A program made the position numbers and the translations under genes. Positions 36,709-48,171 of a stretch of 64,000 bases of DNA are shown piece by piece. The stretch covers positions 576,001 to 640,000 of the forward strand of contig CBDFLQ010000006.1 in NCBI GenBank assembly GCA_965249275.1, given 5' to 3'. Source of the DNA: Dehalococcoidia bacterium (lineage in GTDB: Bacteria > Chloroflexota > Dehalococcoidia > Plut-88900). Below the pieces are notes generated by a model. That model was not told the origin of the DNA. It was given only the letters and a program-made list of their open reading frames with translations, and did no database searches. Every line of letters starts with the position of its first letter. Positions within the stretch are counted from its first letter, which is position 1.

Positions 36709-38832
36709 ATGGCTCAGACGCAGACCATAAAACGAGGCGACCCCGAATCCATGCCCACTCCATCCCTGGAAATGGTCAGGAACATCGGGTTCATCGCTCA
36801 TATAGACGCAGGAAAGACCACCGTAACCGAAAGGGTGCTCTTCTTCACGGGCCGCATCTACAAGATGGGCGAGGTCCACGAAGGCACCGCCGTTATGGAC
36901 TGGATGGACCAGGAGCGGGAGCGAGGCATAACCATCACGGCAGCCGCCACCACCGCTTACTGGAAAGACTATCTGGTCAATATTATTGACACCCCCGGCC
37001 ACGTGGACTTCACAGCCGAGGTAGAGCGAAGCCTCCGGGTCCTGGACGGAGGCGTCGTTGTATTTGACGGAGTTGCGGGCGTCGAGCCCCAGTCGGAAAC
37101 AGTATGGCGGCAGGCCAACAAATACTCCGTGCCCCGGATCTGCTTCGTCAACAAGATGGACAGGGTCGGGGCCGACTTCTACCGCACAATCGATATGATT
37201 GTCGAGAGACTTCAAGGCAACCCCGTCCCGATCCAACTGCCGATGGGCAGTGAAGACGCCTTCGAGGGTGTCGTAGACCTGGTGGAAAACACCGCTTACG
37301 TATATCCCCAGGACGGGGAGGAGGGGCCCGTACGGGTCAATATCCCCGAGAAATACCAGGAATTGGCCGCCCGCTATCGGGACTCGCTTATAGAGCGGGT
37401 AGCCGAGACCGATGACGCGCTCATCGCCAAATATGTAGACGGCCGGGAGATTTTGGTCGAGGAGCTGAAGGCGGCCCTTCGCCAGGCCACTATTGACAAC
37501 AAACTGGTGCCCGTAATGTGCGGCGCCGCCCTGAAGAACAAGGGCATCCAGCTGATGCTGGACGCCGTTTTGGAATATCTGCCTTCACCGCTGGACGTGC
37601 CCCCAGTCGAGGTTACCTCGGCGAAGACGGGGGAAAAGTCCCTGCGGGAAACCTCCACAAAAGCCCCCTTTGCAGCCCTGGCTTTCAAGGTAGTGACAGA
37701 CCCCTATGTCGGGCGTTTGGTTTACTGCCGCATCTACTCCGGGACAGTGAAGAGCGGTTCCACGGTCTTCAACTCCAGCCGGTCAGGCCGGGAGCGGATA
37801 GGGCGCATATTGAAAATGCACGCCAACCACCGGGAGGAGGTCTCCGAGGCCACAGCAGGCGACATCGTCGCTGCCATCGGCCTCAAAAACACCTACACCG
37901 GCAACACGGTCTGTGACCTTCACGCCCCTATTCTCCTAGAGTCCATCACCTTCCCCGACCCGGTAATCTCCGTAGCCGTCGAGCCCCGGTCCAAGATGGA
38001 CCAGGATCGCTTGAACGATGCGTTGGTGAAGATGGCTGACGAAGACCCGACCCTTCGGATGAAGCACGACGACGAGACCGGCCAGACGATAATCCAGGGG
38101 ATGGGCGAGATGCATCTCGAGGTGACCGTCGAGCGGATCAGGCGGGAGCAGAGCGTAGACGTCAGGATGGGCAAGCCGCAGGTAGCCTACAGGGAGACCA
38201 TTACGGCTCCCGGCAAGGGCGTCGGGCGGCTTGTTAAGCAGACCGGTGGCCACGGACAGTTTGCTCACGTTGTGGTCAATTTGGAGCCCCTGGAAGCAGG
38301 CCAGGGGTTCCAGTTCGCAAACCAGATCCGGGGCGGGGACATACCCACCGAGTACATCCCATCCGTGCAGAAGGGGGCCAAAGAGGCCATGACATCCGGT
38401 GTCTTGGCTGGTTACCCCGTAGTGGATGTTAAGGTATCGCTAGTGGGCGGTAGCTTCCACCCCGTCGACTCCTCAGACATGGCCTTCCAAGTGGCAGGCG
38501 CCATGGCCATCAGGGATGGGATCCGAAGGTGCAAGCCCGCGATCCTTGAGCCGATTATGAAGCTGGAGCTCAACACCCCCGGTGATTTCCTCGGAGACAT
38601 TCTGGGTGACATCAACGGGCGCCGGGGCAACATCAGCGGCATCGTCGGGGTGGGCGGCACTCAAACCGTACAGGCCCTCGTTCCCCTGTCGGAATGCTTC
38701 GGTTACGCCACTCACATCCGTTCCCTGAGCCAGGGCAGAGCCATCCACTCCATGGAGTTCGCCCACTACGACAAGGCGCCGGAGAAGATAGCGGAGCAGG
38801 TCGCTACAAGGGGAAGGTACACCGGCCTCTAG
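36709..38832 (+). CDS. fusA: Elongation factor G
   Basis: [29 protein letters not shown]. An alternative ATG lies at 36751. Confidence 0.97.
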   Translation: MAQTQTIKRGDPESMPTPSLEMVRNIGFIAHIDAGKTTVTERVLFFTGRIYKMGEVHEGTAVMDWMDQERERGITITAAATTAYWKDYLVNIIDTPGHVDFTAEVERSLRVLDGGVVVFDGVAGVEPQSETVWRQANKYSVPRICFVNKMDRVGADFYRTIDMIVERLQGNPVPIQLPMGSEDAFEGVVDLVENTAYVYPQDGEEGPVRVNIPEKYQELAARYRDSLIERVAETDDALIAKYVDGREILVEELKAALRQATIDNKLVPVMCGAALKNKGIQLMLDAVLEYLPSPLDVPPVEVTSAKTGEKSLRETSTKAPFAALAFKVVTDPYVGRLVYCRIYSGTVKSGSTVFNSSRSGRERIGRILKMHANHREEVSEATAGDIVAAIGLKNTYTGNTVCDLHAPILLESITFPDPVISVAVEPRSKMDQDRLNDALVKMADEDPTLRMKHDDETGQTIIQGMGEMHLEVTVERIRREQSVDVRMGKPQVAYRETITAPGKGVGRLVKQTGGHGQFAHVVVNLEPLEAGQGFQFANQIRGGDIPTEYIPSVQKGAKEAMTSGVLAGYPVVDVKVSLVGGSFHPVDSSDMAFQVAGAMAIRDGIRRCKPAILEPIMKLELNTPGDFLGDILGDINGRRGNISGIVGVGGTQTVQALVPLSECFGYATHIRSLSQGRAIHSMEFAHYDKAPEKIAEQVATRGRYTGL

Positions 38833-38847
38833 CCGGCGGAGAACAAT

Positions 38848-39156
38848 ATGGCAAAGCAGAAGATGCGCATTAGGCTTAACGCCTACGACCACAAGATCCT
38901 CGACCAGTCGGCGGAGCAGATAGTCGACGCCGCGGAGAGGACGGGCGCGGGCGTTGTGGGACCTATCCCCTTGCCTACAAAGATCAAAAAGTTCTGCGTT
39001 ACCCGTTCTTCCAACACCTTCAAGGATTCTCGGGAGCAGTTCGAGATCCGTACCCACAAGCGCATCATCGAGGTTCTTGACCCCACAAACAAAACGATTG
39101 ACGCCCTAACCCTTCTGAACCTGCCTGGCGGCGTCGAAATCGAGATCAAACTCTAG
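38848..39156 (+). CDS. rpsJ: 30S ribosomal protein S10
   Basis: [30 protein letters not shown]. Confidence 0.98.
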   Translation: MAKQKMRIRLNAYDHKILDQSAEQIVDAAERTGAGVVGPIPLPTKIKKFCVTRSSNTFKDSREQFEIRTHKRIIEVLDPTNKTIDALTLLNLPGGVEIEIKL

Positions 39157-39174
39157 GCAGGCATTACTTATCTG

Positions 39175-39792
39175 ATGATTGATGGAATATTAGGAAAGAA
39201 GCTGGGCATGACCCAGCGTTTTAGTGAAGACGGCACTTTGCATGCGGTGACGGTCATTCAGGCCGGACCTTGCACAGTCGTCCAGGTCAAGACGTCCGAG
39301 AGGGATGGCTATCAGGCAGTCCAGATTGGATTTGACAAGGCGAAGCGTCTCAACAAGCCGGAGCAGGGCCACATGAAGAGCCTCGGTGAGTTCCGACACC
39401 TTCGCGAAGTCAGAAGTAAAGACTCGTCCGGTTTAGAGGAAGGCGCCACGATTGACGTGAGCATCTTCGAGGCCGGCGAGAAGGTGGACGTGATCGGCAA
39501 GTCCAAGGGTAAGGGTTTCGCCGGAGTTGTAAAGCGATACCACTTTGCCGGCGGCCCCAAGACCCACGGCCAGTCGGACCGGCACCGGGCCCCTGGCTCG
39601 GTGGGTGCAGGCACCACCCCGGGCCGCGTAACAAAAGGCTTCAAAATGGCCGGGCACATGGGCAACGAAAGGGTGACTTCCCAGAACCTAACGGTCATGG
39701 AGACGGACCCCGAGCGTAATCTTCTCTTGCTCAGTGGAGCCGTACCCGGGCCCCAGAACGGCCTGGTCCTCATAAAGAAGAGAACACGCTAG
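39175..39792 (+). CDS. rplC: 50S ribosomal protein L3
   Basis: GKKLGMTQ, SKGKGFAG..KR, HRAPGS, MAGHMG. Confidence 0.98.
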   Translation: MIDGILGKKLGMTQRFSEDGTLHAVTVIQAGPCTVVQVKTSERDGYQAVQIGFDKAKRLNKPEQGHMKSLGEFRHLREVRSKDSSGLEEGATIDVSIFEAGEKVDVIGKSKGKGFAGVVKRYHFAGGPKTHGQSDRHRAPGSVGAGTTPGRVTKGFKMAGHMGNERVTSQNLTVMETDPERNLLLLSGAVPGPQNGLVLIKKRTR

Positions 39793-39809
39793 AATAGATT
39801 CCCAAATAT

Positions 39810-40592
39810 ATGAAAGCGCAACTGAAAAACAGCTCGGGAGAGGTATTGAGGGAAGTCGAAGTTAGCGACGGCCTCTTTGCTCTCCCGCTGACTAGAACGC
39901 TGAAAGGGCTGCTCCACCAGGCGGTGGTCCGGCAACGGGCCAACGGCAGGAAGGGCCGACCCTCGGTCAAGACTCGGTCCGAGGTGGCCGGAAGCACCCG
40001 CAAGCTGTTCCCCCAGAAGGGTACGGGACGGGCGCGCGCTGGAGGCATCCGCTCTCCGCTGCGGCGGGGTGGTGGAGTCGCATTCGGGCCTCAGCCAAGA
40101 AGCTACTCCCAGCGCATGCCCAAGAAGATGCGAAGACTCGCCATTCGGGGCGCTCTGTCTGCCAAGGTCGCAGACGGTCGCGTAGCGATAATCGAAAACC
40201 TTGGTTTCGAGCAACCCAGGACCAAGGATATGGTCCAGCTGCTGGCCTCCCTCAAGGCTAAGAAGTCGGTGCTGTTGGTCACTCCCGAGCCGAGAGAGGC
40301 GCTTATCAAGTCGGCGGGGAACCTGGAACGGGTCAAGACCCTTCCCGCCCGCTATCTGAACGTATATGACGTCCTGGCCCACGAGAACCTGATCATCGAG
40401 CTTGAAGCGGTCAGAACTGCCGAGGACCTCTGGGCCCCGGGTGGTCGGACCGTTGAAGAAGAACCAAAGGCCCCGGCCGTGCGAAAGCCCCGAACTCGGA
40501 AGCCTGTTGCCAAGGCCGAACCCGAAACTCCTGAACCGGAGTCGACTCCCGAGCCGGAGCCCACTCCCGAAACTGGAACTGAGGAATCGTAA
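39810..40592 (+). CDS. rplD: 50S ribosomal protein L4 (C-terminal extension)
   Basis: KTRSEV.G..RK..PQKGTGRARAG..RSP, FGP.PR; Pro/Glu-rich tail. Confidence 0.97.
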   Translation: MKAQLKNSSGEVLREVEVSDGLFALPLTRTLKGLLHQAVVRQRANGRKGRPSVKTRSEVAGSTRKLFPQKGTGRARAGGIRSPLRRGGGVAFGPQPRSYSQRMPKKMRRLAIRGALSAKVADGRVAIIENLGFEQPRTKDMVQLLASLKAKKSVLLVTPEPREALIKSAGNLERVKTLPARYLNVYDVLAHENLIIELEAVRTAEDLWAPGGRTVEEEPKAPAVRKPRTRKPVAKAEPETPEPESTPEPEPTPETGTEES

Positions 40593-40595
40593 ACC

Positions 40596-40880
40596 GTGGA
40601 ACTGTTGCAGGTCCTGAAAAGACCAATAGTCACCGAGAAAAGCACCATCCTCCACGAAAGCGACAAGTACGCTTTCGAGGTGATGTCCACCTCCAACAAG
40701 GTGCAGATCAAGGCGGCGGTGGAAAAGGCTTTCGACGTGAAGGTCACCGCGGTCAACACTATAACGGTGCCCGGCAAGACGAAGTTCCGGGGTCGGAGAA
40801 AGATCCAGACCTCGCCCTGGAAGAAAGCAATCGTGACGCTGAGGCCCGGGGACAAGATCGAACTTTTCGAAGGAGTCTAG
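40596..40880 (+). CDS. rplW: 50S ribosomal protein L23
   Basis: PIVTEKS, IK.AVE..F.VKV..VNT, WKKAIVTL. Confidence 0.97.
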   Translation: MELLQVLKRPIVTEKSTILHESDKYAFEVMSTSNKVQIKAAVEKAFDVKVTAVNTITVPGKTKFRGRRKIQTSPWKKAIVTLRPGDKIELFEGV

Positions 40881-40913
40881 CGAAGCTGATCCCTTTCGCC
40901 TAAGGAAACATAT

Positions 40914-41738
40914 ATGGCCCTGAAAGTATATAAACCAACATCTCCGGGACGGAGGAACGCCACCGGCTCCTCCTTCGAGGAGATCACCAGGAGCAAGCCC
41001 CACAAGGCCCTGCTGCTGCCACTGAAGAAGAAGGCGGGCCGCAACGTCCGCGGCAAGATCACCGTTCGGCACCGGGGCGGGGGCGCCAAGCGCAGGCTCC
41101 GGATTATCGATTTCAAGAGAGACAAGATCGGGGTACCGGGGACGGTCGCTTCCATAGAGTACGACCCCAACCGGACGGCCCGCATAGCCCTTATCCACTA
41201 TGCCGACGGCGACAAGCGGTACATTCTGGCCCCCTGGAACCTCCCGGTGGGACAGACTATAGTCTCCGGGCCCGAAGCCCCGATCAAAGTCGGGAATACA
41301 CTGCCCCTGAGGGTCATCCCCACCGGTACCACCATCCACAACATAGAGATGAAGCCCGGAAAGGGCGGACAGCTGGTGCGTGGAAGCGGTACGGCAGCCC
41401 AGCTGCTGGCCAAGGACGGCATCTACAGTCTGCTCAGACTGCCCTCGGGCGAGCTGCGCCGGGTGGAGAGCGAGTGCAAGGCTACCATCGGGCAGGTGGG
41501 CAACCCGGACCAGAAGAACATGAAGCTCGGCAAGGCAGGCCGTAACCGGTGGAGGGGCAAGAGGCCTTCGGTCAGAGGCTCGGCCATGAGCCCTCGAGAC
41601 CATCCGCACGGTGGCGGCGAGGGTCGGTCCCCGGTGGGAATGCCCGGACCCAAGACCCCGTGGGGCAAACCTGCACTGGGATACCGTACCAGAAGGAAAA
41701 AGAAGTCCACCAGCATGATCGTGAGGAGGCGGAAGTAG
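40914..41738 (+). CDS. rplB: 50S ribosomal protein L2
   Basis: [23 protein letters not shown]. Confidence 0.98.
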   Translation: MALKVYKPTSPGRRNATGSSFEEITRSKPHKALLLPLKKKAGRNVRGKITVRHRGGGAKRRLRIIDFKRDKIGVPGTVASIEYDPNRTARIALIHYADGDKRYILAPWNLPVGQTIVSGPEAPIKVGNTLPLRVIPTGTTIHNIEMKPGKGGQLVRGSGTAAQLLAKDGIYSLLRLPSGELRRVESECKATIGQVGNPDQKNMKLGKAGRNRWRGKRPSVRGSAMSPRDHPHGGGEGRSPVGMPGPKTPWGKPALGYRTRRKKKSTSMIVRRRK

Positions 41739-41739
41739 A

Positions 41740-42024
41740 ATGTCGAGATCGATCAAAAAAGGGCCGTTCATTGACGCCAAGCTGATGAAGAAGGTGGAAG
41801 CGGCGATGGGGTCCAATAAGAAGGTGATCATCAAGACCTGGTCCCGCGCCTCGGTCATCATCCCGGACATGGTAGGGCAGACAATAGCCGTGCACGACGG
41901 TCAGAGGCACATGCCGATCTTCGTGACGGAGAACATGGTCGGGCACAAGCTCGGGGAGTTCGCCCCAACCCGCCGATTCAGGGGTCACATGGGCCGCACG
42001 GAGCAGGCTACCCGAAGGATGTAG
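41740..42024 (+). CDS. rpsS: 30S ribosomal protein S19
   Basis: [24 protein letters not shown]. Confidence 0.98.
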   Translation: MSRSIKKGPFIDAKLMKKVEAAMGSNKKVIIKTWSRASVIIPDMVGQTIAVHDGQRHMPIFVTENMVGHKLGEFAPTRRFRGHMGRTEQATRRM

Positions 42025-42045
42025 GGACAGGAAAAGAGTAGAACA

Positions 42046-42390
42046 GTGGAAGTCAAGGCCCGAGTCAAAGGCATAAACGCATCACCCAAGAACCTGCGCA
42101 ACTTGATCGATACCGTGCGCGGTATGAGGGTGGAGGACGCCATTTCCCAACTCCGGTTCACGCCCATTCCCATGGCACGGATCGTGAGGAAGGTAGTGGA
42201 GTCGGCCGCGGCCAACGCTGAGAACAACTACGACATGGTCCGGGACGAGCTTCGCATAGTGAAGATAACGGCGGATGAAGGGGCCAGCTTGAAAAGGTTC
42301 AAGGCCAAGCCCCGCGGCAGAGCTGCACCTATAATCAAGCGCACCAGCCACTTGACAGTGGTGGTTGACCAGGACGACGGGGAGAATTAA
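42046..42390 (+). CDS. rplV: 50S ribosomal protein L22
   Basis: SAAANAENN, RGRA..I.KRTSH. Confidence 0.97.
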   Translation: MEVKARVKGINASPKNLRNLIDTVRGMRVEDAISQLRFTPIPMARIVRKVVESAAANAENNYDMVRDELRIVKITADEGASLKRFKAKPRGRAAPIIKRTSHLTVVVDQDDGEN

Positions 42391-43194
42391 TTGGGACAGA
42401 AAACCCACCCTATAGGGTTTCGGCTAGGCATTATCCGGGACTGGGATGCTAAGTGGTTCGCCCGTAAGGGCGTGCAGTACCGTAAGCTGGTGGCTGAGGA
42501 TATGACGATCCGCAAGTCCATCCTCGGGAGTCACACAGACGCGGCCATCTCAAAAGTCGAGATCGAGAGGAACGCCAACGAGGTCATCGCCACAATCTAC
42601 ACGGCCAGGCCCGGAATCGTCATCGGACGAGGGGGCCAGAGGGTAGACGAGCTGCGCGGGTTGCTGGAGAAGAAGACCGGCCGCCGGGTGCGCTTGAACA
42701 TCCAGGAGATATCGCAGCCGGAGCAGGACGCCTTCCTCGTAGCCCGTAACATCGCCGACCAATTGGAGCGACGCGTGTCGTACAGGCGGGCCATTAGGCA
42801 AGCGGCGACTCGGTCCATGCAGACGGGAATCCAGGGCATCAAGATCATCTGCTCTGGCAGACTGGGCGGCGCCGAGATAGCCCGGAACGAAAAGCATAGA
42901 GACGGTCGGGTCCCGCTCCACACCCTCCGGGCCGACATCGACTACGGAATCGCCGAGGCGCTCACTACCATGGGTGTTGTAGGCGTCAAAGTATGGATAT
43001 ATAAAGGGGACATCCTACCCGAACCCAAGCAGTCCGAGGCCGAAAGAATGGAGCCCATCAGCGTAACCATCCCAAGCTCCAAGACGCCGGATGCAGAAGC
43101 CGAAGGTTCAGACGGACAGCCAATAATATTAGAGGAGAACTATGCTTCAACCGAAACGAGTGAAGTTTCGGAAAGCCCATCGGGGACACCGTAG
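42391..43194 (+). CDS. rpsC: 30S ribosomal protein S3 (C-terminal extension overlapping rplP)
   Basis: [43 protein letters not shown]. Confidence 0.97.
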   Translation: MGQKTHPIGFRLGIIRDWDAKWFARKGVQYRKLVAEDMTIRKSILGSHTDAAISKVEIERNANEVIATIYTARPGIVIGRGGQRVDELRGLLEKKTGRRVRLNIQEISQPEQDAFLVARNIADQLERRVSYRRAIRQAATRSMQTGIQGIKIICSGRLGGAEIARNEKHRDGRVPLHTLRADIDYGIAEALTTMGVVGVKVWIYKGDILPEPKQSEAERMEPISVTIPSSKTPDAEAEGSDGQPIILEENYASTETSEVSESPSGTP

Positions 43195-43558
43195 GGGCAC
43201 GGCCCACGCGGGAGCGGGGCTTTCTTTCGGGGAGTTCGGGCTCAAGGCCCAGTCCACTGCGTGGATTACGAACCGCCAGATAGAGGCAGCCCGGCGTGCC
43301 ATCACCCACCACGTCAAGCGTGGGGGGCAGATCTGGATACGCATCTTCCCCGATAAGCCGGTAACATCGAAGCCGCTGGAGACCCGCATGGGAAGCGGAA
43401 AAGGCAACGTGGACCACTGGGTTGCAGTGGTCAAACGGGGCCGGATGCTCTTCGAAATCGGCGGAGTGGAGAAGGAAACGGCCAAGGAGGCCATGAGAAG
43501 GGCATCCCACAAGCTGCCCGTCTCCACACGATTCGTGTCCCGAGACGAGCTTGTATAG
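43142..43558 (+). CDS. rplP: 50S ribosomal protein L16
   Basis: [25 protein letters not shown]. Confidence 0.98.
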   Translation: MLQPKRVKFRKAHRGHRRGTAHAGAGLSFGEFGLKAQSTAWITNRQIEAARRAITHHVKRGGQIWIRIFPDKPVTSKPLETRMGSGKGNVDHWVAVVKRGRMLFEIGGVEKETAKEAMRRASHKLPVSTRFVSRDELV

Positions 43559-43585
43559 AGGCGCAATCCAAGCGAGGTATCATAG

Positions 43586-43789
43586 TTGAAAGCGGATGAA
43601 ATAAGGAGCCTGTCGGCAGTGGACCTGGAGCGGGAGTTGGAAAACTCCTACCGGGAGACCTTCAATTTGAGGTTCCGCCGCGCCACAAACCAGCTCACCA
43701 ACCATAGAGAGATCAGACGCATTCGCAGAAAGATCGCACGACTGAAGACGATCATGCGGGAGCGGGAATTGGCTCAGGGAAATAGATGA
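43586..43789 (+). CDS. rpmC: 50S ribosomal protein L29
   Basis: FNLRF, RR.IARLKT; operon position. Confidence 0.95.
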   Translation: MKADEIRSLSAVDLERELENSYRETFNLRFRRATNQLTNHREIRRIRRKIARLKTIMRERELAQGNR

Positions 43790-44091
43790 ATAAGTCCCGC
43801 AAAACCATTTTAGGCCAGGTCGTCAGCGACAAGATGGACAAGACCGTTGTCGTAGCGGTGGAGCGTTACCGCACCCACCGGCTGTATAAACGGCGCATCA
43901 GACGGATAACCAAGTTCAAGGCCCACGACTACAACAACTCCTGCAAGCTGGGCGATACCGTACGGATAGAGGAGACCAAGCCCCTGTCCCGAGAAAAGCG
44001 CTGGCGCGTGATCGAGGTCCTAGCCCGAATAGACATCGCCGATACCCAGCCGAACGAATTAGCCGGCATGACAGAAGGGGCCAAGAAATAA
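43786..44091 (+). CDS. rpsQ: 30S ribosomal protein S17
   Basis: [25 protein letters not shown]. Confidence 0.97.
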   Translation: MNKSRKTILGQVVSDKMDKTVVVAVERYRTHRLYKRRIRRITKFKAHDYNNSCKLGDTVRIEETKPLSREKRWRVIEVLARIDIADTQPNELAGMTEGAKK

Positions 44092-44459
44092 TGATACGCG
44101 TAGCTACCCGACTCCAGGTGGCCGACAACTCTGGGGCCAAGGTGATAGAGTGCATCAACGTGCCCGGCGGCACCGGCAAGCGCTACGCCACCATCGGCGA
44201 GATTATCATCGCCTCGGTGAAGCAGGCCGCGCCCGCCGCCCAGGTGAAGAAGGGCGATGTGGTCAAGGCGGTCATCGTGCGGGTGGCCAAGCCCTATCGC
44301 AGGACTGACGGCTCATACATCCGCTTTGACGAGAACGCCGGAGTCATATTGAGTGACACCTCCAATCCTCGGGGCACGCGGATCTTCGGGCCCGTGGCCC
44401 GGGAGCTGCGAGAGCGCAACTTCACCAAGATCGTATCCCTCGCTCCGGAGGTCCTCTAG
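44091..44459 (+). CDS. rplN: 50S ribosomal protein L14
   Basis: [28 protein letters not shown]. Confidence 0.98.
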   Translation: MIRVATRLQVADNSGAKVIECINVPGGTGKRYATIGEIIIASVKQAAPAAQVKKGDVVKAVIVRVAKPYRRTDGSYIRFDENAGVILSDTSNPRGTRIFGPVARELRERNFTKIVSLAPEVL

Positions 44460-44495
44460 CATCATCCCGACAAACGAGAACTTGAAGGTATTATT

Positions 44496-44825
44496 TTGAG
44501 AATCAGGAAGAACGATAAGGTCCTGGTCCTTGCCGGCAAAGACAAGGGCAAAACGGGAAGGATATTTCGGATTAGTCCCGCCGACGGGCTGGCTTGGGTG
44601 GAGAAAATCAACTCCACAAAGAAGGCCATGAGGCCCAAACCCAATGTCAGGCAGGCCGGACTGATAGATCTGGAACTCCCTATACAAATGTCCAACCTTA
44701 AGCTGGTCTGTCCCTCCTGCGACAAGCCGACCAAGGCCCTCGCCGACAAGTCCCAGCCCCAGAGCGCGGCGCCGGGACAAGGCTATCCCAGAGTTTGTAA
44801 ACTATGCCAAGCGACGATAGAGTAA
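44496..44825 (+). CDS. rplX: 50S ribosomal protein L24
   Basis: [15 protein letters not shown] motif; CPSC...CKLC. Confidence 0.95.
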   Translation: MRIRKNDKVLVLAGKDKGKTGRIFRISPADGLAWVEKINSTKKAMRPKPNVRQAGLIDLELPIQMSNLKLVCPSCDKPTKALADKSQPQSAAPGQGYPRVCKLCQATIE

Positions 44826-45430
44826 AACCGAAAAGAAAATCCAAGGCGAAGGCCAAAGAGGCGGCTCCGGCATCGAACGGGGTCCAACCTAGGCTCAAGG
44901 TCCGGTACCGGGAAGAGATCGTTCCGGCCTTGGTGCAGCACTTTAGCTATGCCAACGTGATGCAGGCGCCGAAGGTCGAAAAGATCGTCCTCAACATCGG
45001 GTTGGGGGAGGCGCTTTCGAACCCCCGAGCCGTGGAAGGCGCCACCCGAGACCTGGAGGCGATCACCGGGCAGCACCCCGTGACGACCCGGGCAAAGAAG
45101 TCGGTGGCGAACTTCCGGGTGAGGGACGGCATGATCATCGGGATCATGGTCACCCTCCGCGGAGGCAGGATGTACGAATTCCTGGACCGGCTCCTCAACG
45201 CCGCCCTACCCCGCATCAGGGACTTCCGAGGCGTGTCCACCACTGCCTTCGACGGCCGGGGCAACTACAGCCTCGGGTTTGGCGACCAGACACTATTCCC
45301 GGAAATAGATTATGACAAGATGGACCGGCAACGGGGCCTGCAGGTCACAATCGTGACCTCCGCCAAGACCGATGAAGAAGCCCGGCAACTATTGACCCAG
45401 TTAGGGATGCCCTTCGCGCGGCCGGCATAA
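44804..45430 (+). CDS. rplE: 50S ribosomal protein L5
   Basis: [30 protein letters not shown]. Basic N-terminal extension if started at 44804. Confidence 0.96.
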   Translation: MPSDDRVKPKRKSKAKAKEAAPASNGVQPRLKVRYREEIVPALVQHFSYANVMQAPKVEKIVLNIGLGEALSNPRAVEGATRDLEAITGQHPVTTRAKKSVANFRVRDGMIIGIMVTLRGGRMYEFLDRLLNAALPRIRDFRGVSTTAFDGRGNYSLGFGDQTLFPEIDYDKMDRQRGLQVTIVTSAKTDEEARQLLTQLGMPFARPA

Positions 45431-45457
45431 GATAGCAACAGGAAGGAAACGAGTAGC

Positions 45458-45643
45458 GTGGCCCGAGCAGCCAAGGTAGCCAAATGGCAAAAGCCCCCCA
45501 AGTACCGAGCACAGTTCCGCAACCGGTGCAACCTCTGTGGACGACCCAGGGGATATATGAGGTATTTCGGCCTGTGCCGCATCTGCTTCAGGGAATTGGC
45601 CCTGCAGGGCAAGTTGCCCGGGGTCAGAAAGTCGAGTTGGTAG
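45458..45643 (+). CDS. rpsN: 30S ribosomal protein S14 (Zn-type)
   Basis: RCNLCGRPR...GLCRIC..., LPGV.KSSW. Confidence 0.97.
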   Translation: MARAAKVAKWQKPPKYRAQFRNRCNLCGRPRGYMRYFGLCRICFRELALQGKLPGVRKSSW

Positions 45644-45653
45644 AGCTGAAATT

Positions 45654-46055
45654 ATGGGAGTAGTAACGGACCCCATCGCCGATATGTTGACCCGGATAAG
45701 GAACGCCTTGGCCGTGGACCATTCCACAGTGTCGATGCCCGCATCGAAGACCAAGAGCGCCATTGCAGGCATCCTCAAGTCCGAAGGGTTCATAAGCGAT
45801 TTCGAAGTAGTTAAGAGCGAGCCCCAGGACACGCTGCGTCTCCTTCTGAGATACGAAGAAGAAGGCAAGCCCATGATCCGTGGCCTGAAGCGGCTTAGCA
45901 AGCCCGGCCTCCGAGTATATATAAGCAAGGATGAGATACCCAGGGTCTACGGCGGAGTCGGCATCACGGTCGTGTCCACCTCCAAGGGAATGATGACCGG
46001 GTCCCGGGCCTGGAGGCAAAAGGTCGGCGGCGAGCTCATGTTCCAGGTATGGTAA
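45654..46055 (+). CDS. rpsH: 30S ribosomal protein S8
   Basis: TDPIADMLTRIRNA, SKPGLRVY, STSKG, GGE. Confidence 0.98.
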   Translation: MGVVTDPIADMLTRIRNALAVDHSTVSMPASKTKSAIAGILKSEGFISDFEVVKSEPQDTLRLLLRYEEEGKPMIRGLKRLSKPGLRVYISKDEIPRVYGGVGITVVSTSKGMMTGSRAWRQKVGGELMFQVW

Positions 46056-46090
46056 GGGCGCTCAAATATATCAGTGAATAAGTAAAGATC

Positions 46091-46639
46091 ATGTCAAGAA
46101 TTGGAAAACAGCCTATCGCCATCCCTTCCGGTGTGGAAGTCGCAATGAAGGACAGCCACATCACCGTCACTGGACCCCGCGGCGAGCTTTATTACACCCA
46201 CAACTCCGATCTCACCGTGTCTCGGGACGACAGTGTCCTCACCGTGACCAGACCCACCGATCAGCGGGAGCACAGGTCTCTGCACGGGCTCACCCGAACG
46301 CTGATAGCCAACATGGTCCACGGAGTGAGCGAGGGGTTCACCAAGAGCCTGACCCTTGTGGGTGTTGGGTACAGAGCTCAGATGGACAGCGGAAAACTGG
46401 TGCTACAGGTGGGCTTTTCTCACCGGGTAGAGGTCTCCCCGCCCGAGGGTATAACCCTGAGCGTCGAGGGGAACGACAGGATAATCGTCAGTGGGATTGA
46501 CAAGCAGTCGGTCGGACAGGTAGCGGCCAAGATACGCCGCATTCGCCGCCCCGATCCCTACAAGGGCAAGGGCATCCGATACACGGGTGAATATATCCGG
46601 CTGAAGCCCGGTAAGCGGGCCGCCACAGGCGCAGGATAA
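46091..46639 (+). CDS. rplF: 50S ribosomal protein L6
   Basis: MSRIGKQP, GVGYRA, PDPYKGKGIRY. Confidence 0.98.
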   Translation: MSRIGKQPIAIPSGVEVAMKDSHITVTGPRGELYYTHNSDLTVSRDDSVLTVTRPTDQREHRSLHGLTRTLIANMVHGVSEGFTKSLTLVGVGYRAQMDSGKLVLQVGFSHRVEVSPPEGITLSVEGNDRIIVSGIDKQSVGQVAAKIRRIRRPDPYKGKGIRYTGEYIRLKPGKRAATGAG

Positions 46640-46642
46640 AAC

Positions 46643-47008
46643 ATGGCAAAGTTGGACCGAAGACAAGCAAGGTCACGCAGGCAGCGAAGGATCAGGAAAA
46701 ACTTGTCCGGCACCCCGGACAGGCCCCGACTTTCGATTTTTCGCAGCCTTAACCACATCTACGCGCAGGTCATAGACGACGACAAAGGAGTCACCATTGC
46801 GGCGGCGTCCAGCTTGGAGGAGTCGGTGTCCAAGGAGTCGGAAGGGAAGCGGAAGAAGGATGTTGCGGGGCTCGTTGGAGATCTCATAGCCTCCCGGGCC
46901 ACGGGCAAGGGCGTGAACACGGTGGTTTTCGACCGAGGTGGTTATCGCTACTTCGGCAGGGTGCAATCCCTCGCCGAAGGCGCCCGAAAAGGTGGGTTGA
47001 AGTTTTGA
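46643..47008 (+). CDS. rplR: 50S ribosomal protein L18
   Basis: GT..RPRLS.FRS..HIYAQ.IDD, VFDRGGY.Y.GRV. Confidence 0.98.
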   Translation: MAKLDRRQARSRRQRRIRKNLSGTPDRPRLSIFRSLNHIYAQVIDDDKGVTIAAASSLEESVSKESEGKRKKDVAGLVGDLIASRATGKGVNTVVFDRGGYRYFGRVQSLAEGARKGGLKF

Positions 47009-47535
47009 TGGGAAGAAACGACAGACGAGATAACAGACGAGACAGGGTCGACTCCCGTAACTCGGACTTGACCGAACGCGTCGTACACATCAACCGTGTT
47101 TCCAAAGTGGTAAAGGGCGGTAGAAGGTTCAGGTTCACTGCAATGGTAGTGGTCGGAGACGGCAACGGTCGCGCAGGTGTGGGCCTCGGCAAATCGGCAA
47201 GCGTCCCCGACGCAGTTCGGAAAGGCAACACCATAGCCACTAAGAGCATGGTCAAGGTACTGCTCAAGGACACCACCATCCCCCACGAAATCGTGAGCAA
47301 ATTCGGTGGCGCCAAGGTGGTGCTGCGGCCGGCGGGGCCCGGCACCGGGGTAATAGCCGGCGGCGGAGTCAGGGCCGTACTCGAGGCGGCGGGAGTCAAG
47401 GACGTGCTCACTAAGTCACTTGGAAGCAGCAATCCGATCAACACCTCCAAGGCTACGTTGCGCGGATTGCAGCAGCTTCGAGACCCGGCACAGGCCATAG
47501 CGGCCCGCAAGGGCCGACCGGCGGAGTCGGAGTAA
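47008..47535 (+). CDS. rpsE: 30S ribosomal protein S5
   Basis: [24 protein letters not shown]; ATG overlaps the rplR stop (TGATG). Confidence 0.98.
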   Translation: MGRNDRRDNRRDRVDSRNSDLTERVVHINRVSKVVKGGRRFRFTAMVVVGDGNGRAGVGLGKSASVPDAVRKGNTIATKSMVKVLLKDTTIPHEIVSKFGGAKVVLRPAGPGTGVIAGGGVRAVLEAAGVKDVLTKSLGSSNPINTSKATLRGLQQLRDPAQAIAARKGRPAESE

Positions 47536-47545
47536 GGCAAATTCT

Positions 47546-47728
47546 GTGTCACGAATCAAAGTAACCCTTCGAAAAAGCAGTATCGGACATCCCCAGGACC
47601 AGAGGGGCACCCTCCGGGCCCTGGGACTTAAAAGGCTGCACCAGACCGTAGAGCACGAGGACAATCCGTCCTTGCGGGGCATGGTGCAGAAAGTCAATCA
47701 CCTGGTTGTAGTGGAAGAAATACAATGA
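47546..47728 (+). CDS. rpmD: 50S ribosomal protein L30
   Basis: KVTL.KS.IG, TL.ALGL, RGM..KV.HLV. Confidence 0.96.
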   Translation: MSRIKVTLRKSSIGHPQDQRGTLRALGLKRLHQTVEHEDNPSLRGMVQKVNHLVVVEEIQ

Positions 47729-48171
47729 GACTGAATGAGCTGTCGCCGTTACCCCGGTCCAAGAGAACGCGCCGGCGCGTTGGTCGGGGGTACGGCAGCA
47801 ACTATGGCCACACCTCGGGGCGTGGCAACAAAGGTCAGAAGTCCCGGTCGGGCGGAAGCATACGCCGCGGGTTCGAAGGCGGACAGCTTCCGCTGATCAG
47901 GCGCATGCCTTCCAAGAGGGGCTTCACAAATATATTTCGAAAAGAATATCTGCCCATAAACCTGTCCCAGCTGAATGCATTTGAAAATGGGACGGAGGTC
48001 ACTCCCGACCTCCTCTTGTCCCGCAGAATAGTCAGAGACCTGCGAAAACCCATAAAAGTCCTGGGCGAAGGGGAGTTGGACCGGGCCCTGAGTATCAAGG
48101 CGAACAAGTTCTCCATGTCCGCGGTATCCAAAATCGAAGCAGCTGGCGGGAGTGTGGAGATCCTAGGCTAG
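47725..48171 (+). CDS. rplO: 50S ribosomal protein L15
   Basis: RVGRG.GS..G.TSGRG.KGQKSR, GFEGGQ.PL. Confidence 0.98.
   Translation: MRLNELSPLPRSKRTRRRVGRGYGSNYGHTSGRGNKGQKSRSGGSIRRGFEGGQLPLIRRMPSKRGFTNIFRKEYLPINLSQLNAFENGTEVTPDLLLSRRIVRDLRKPIKVLGEGELDRALSIKANKFSMSAVSKIEAAGGSVEILG

Noticed and set aside
39789-41870. 693-aa minus-strand ORF
   Set aside because: Antisense to rplD-rplW-rplB-rpsS; no protein-like features.
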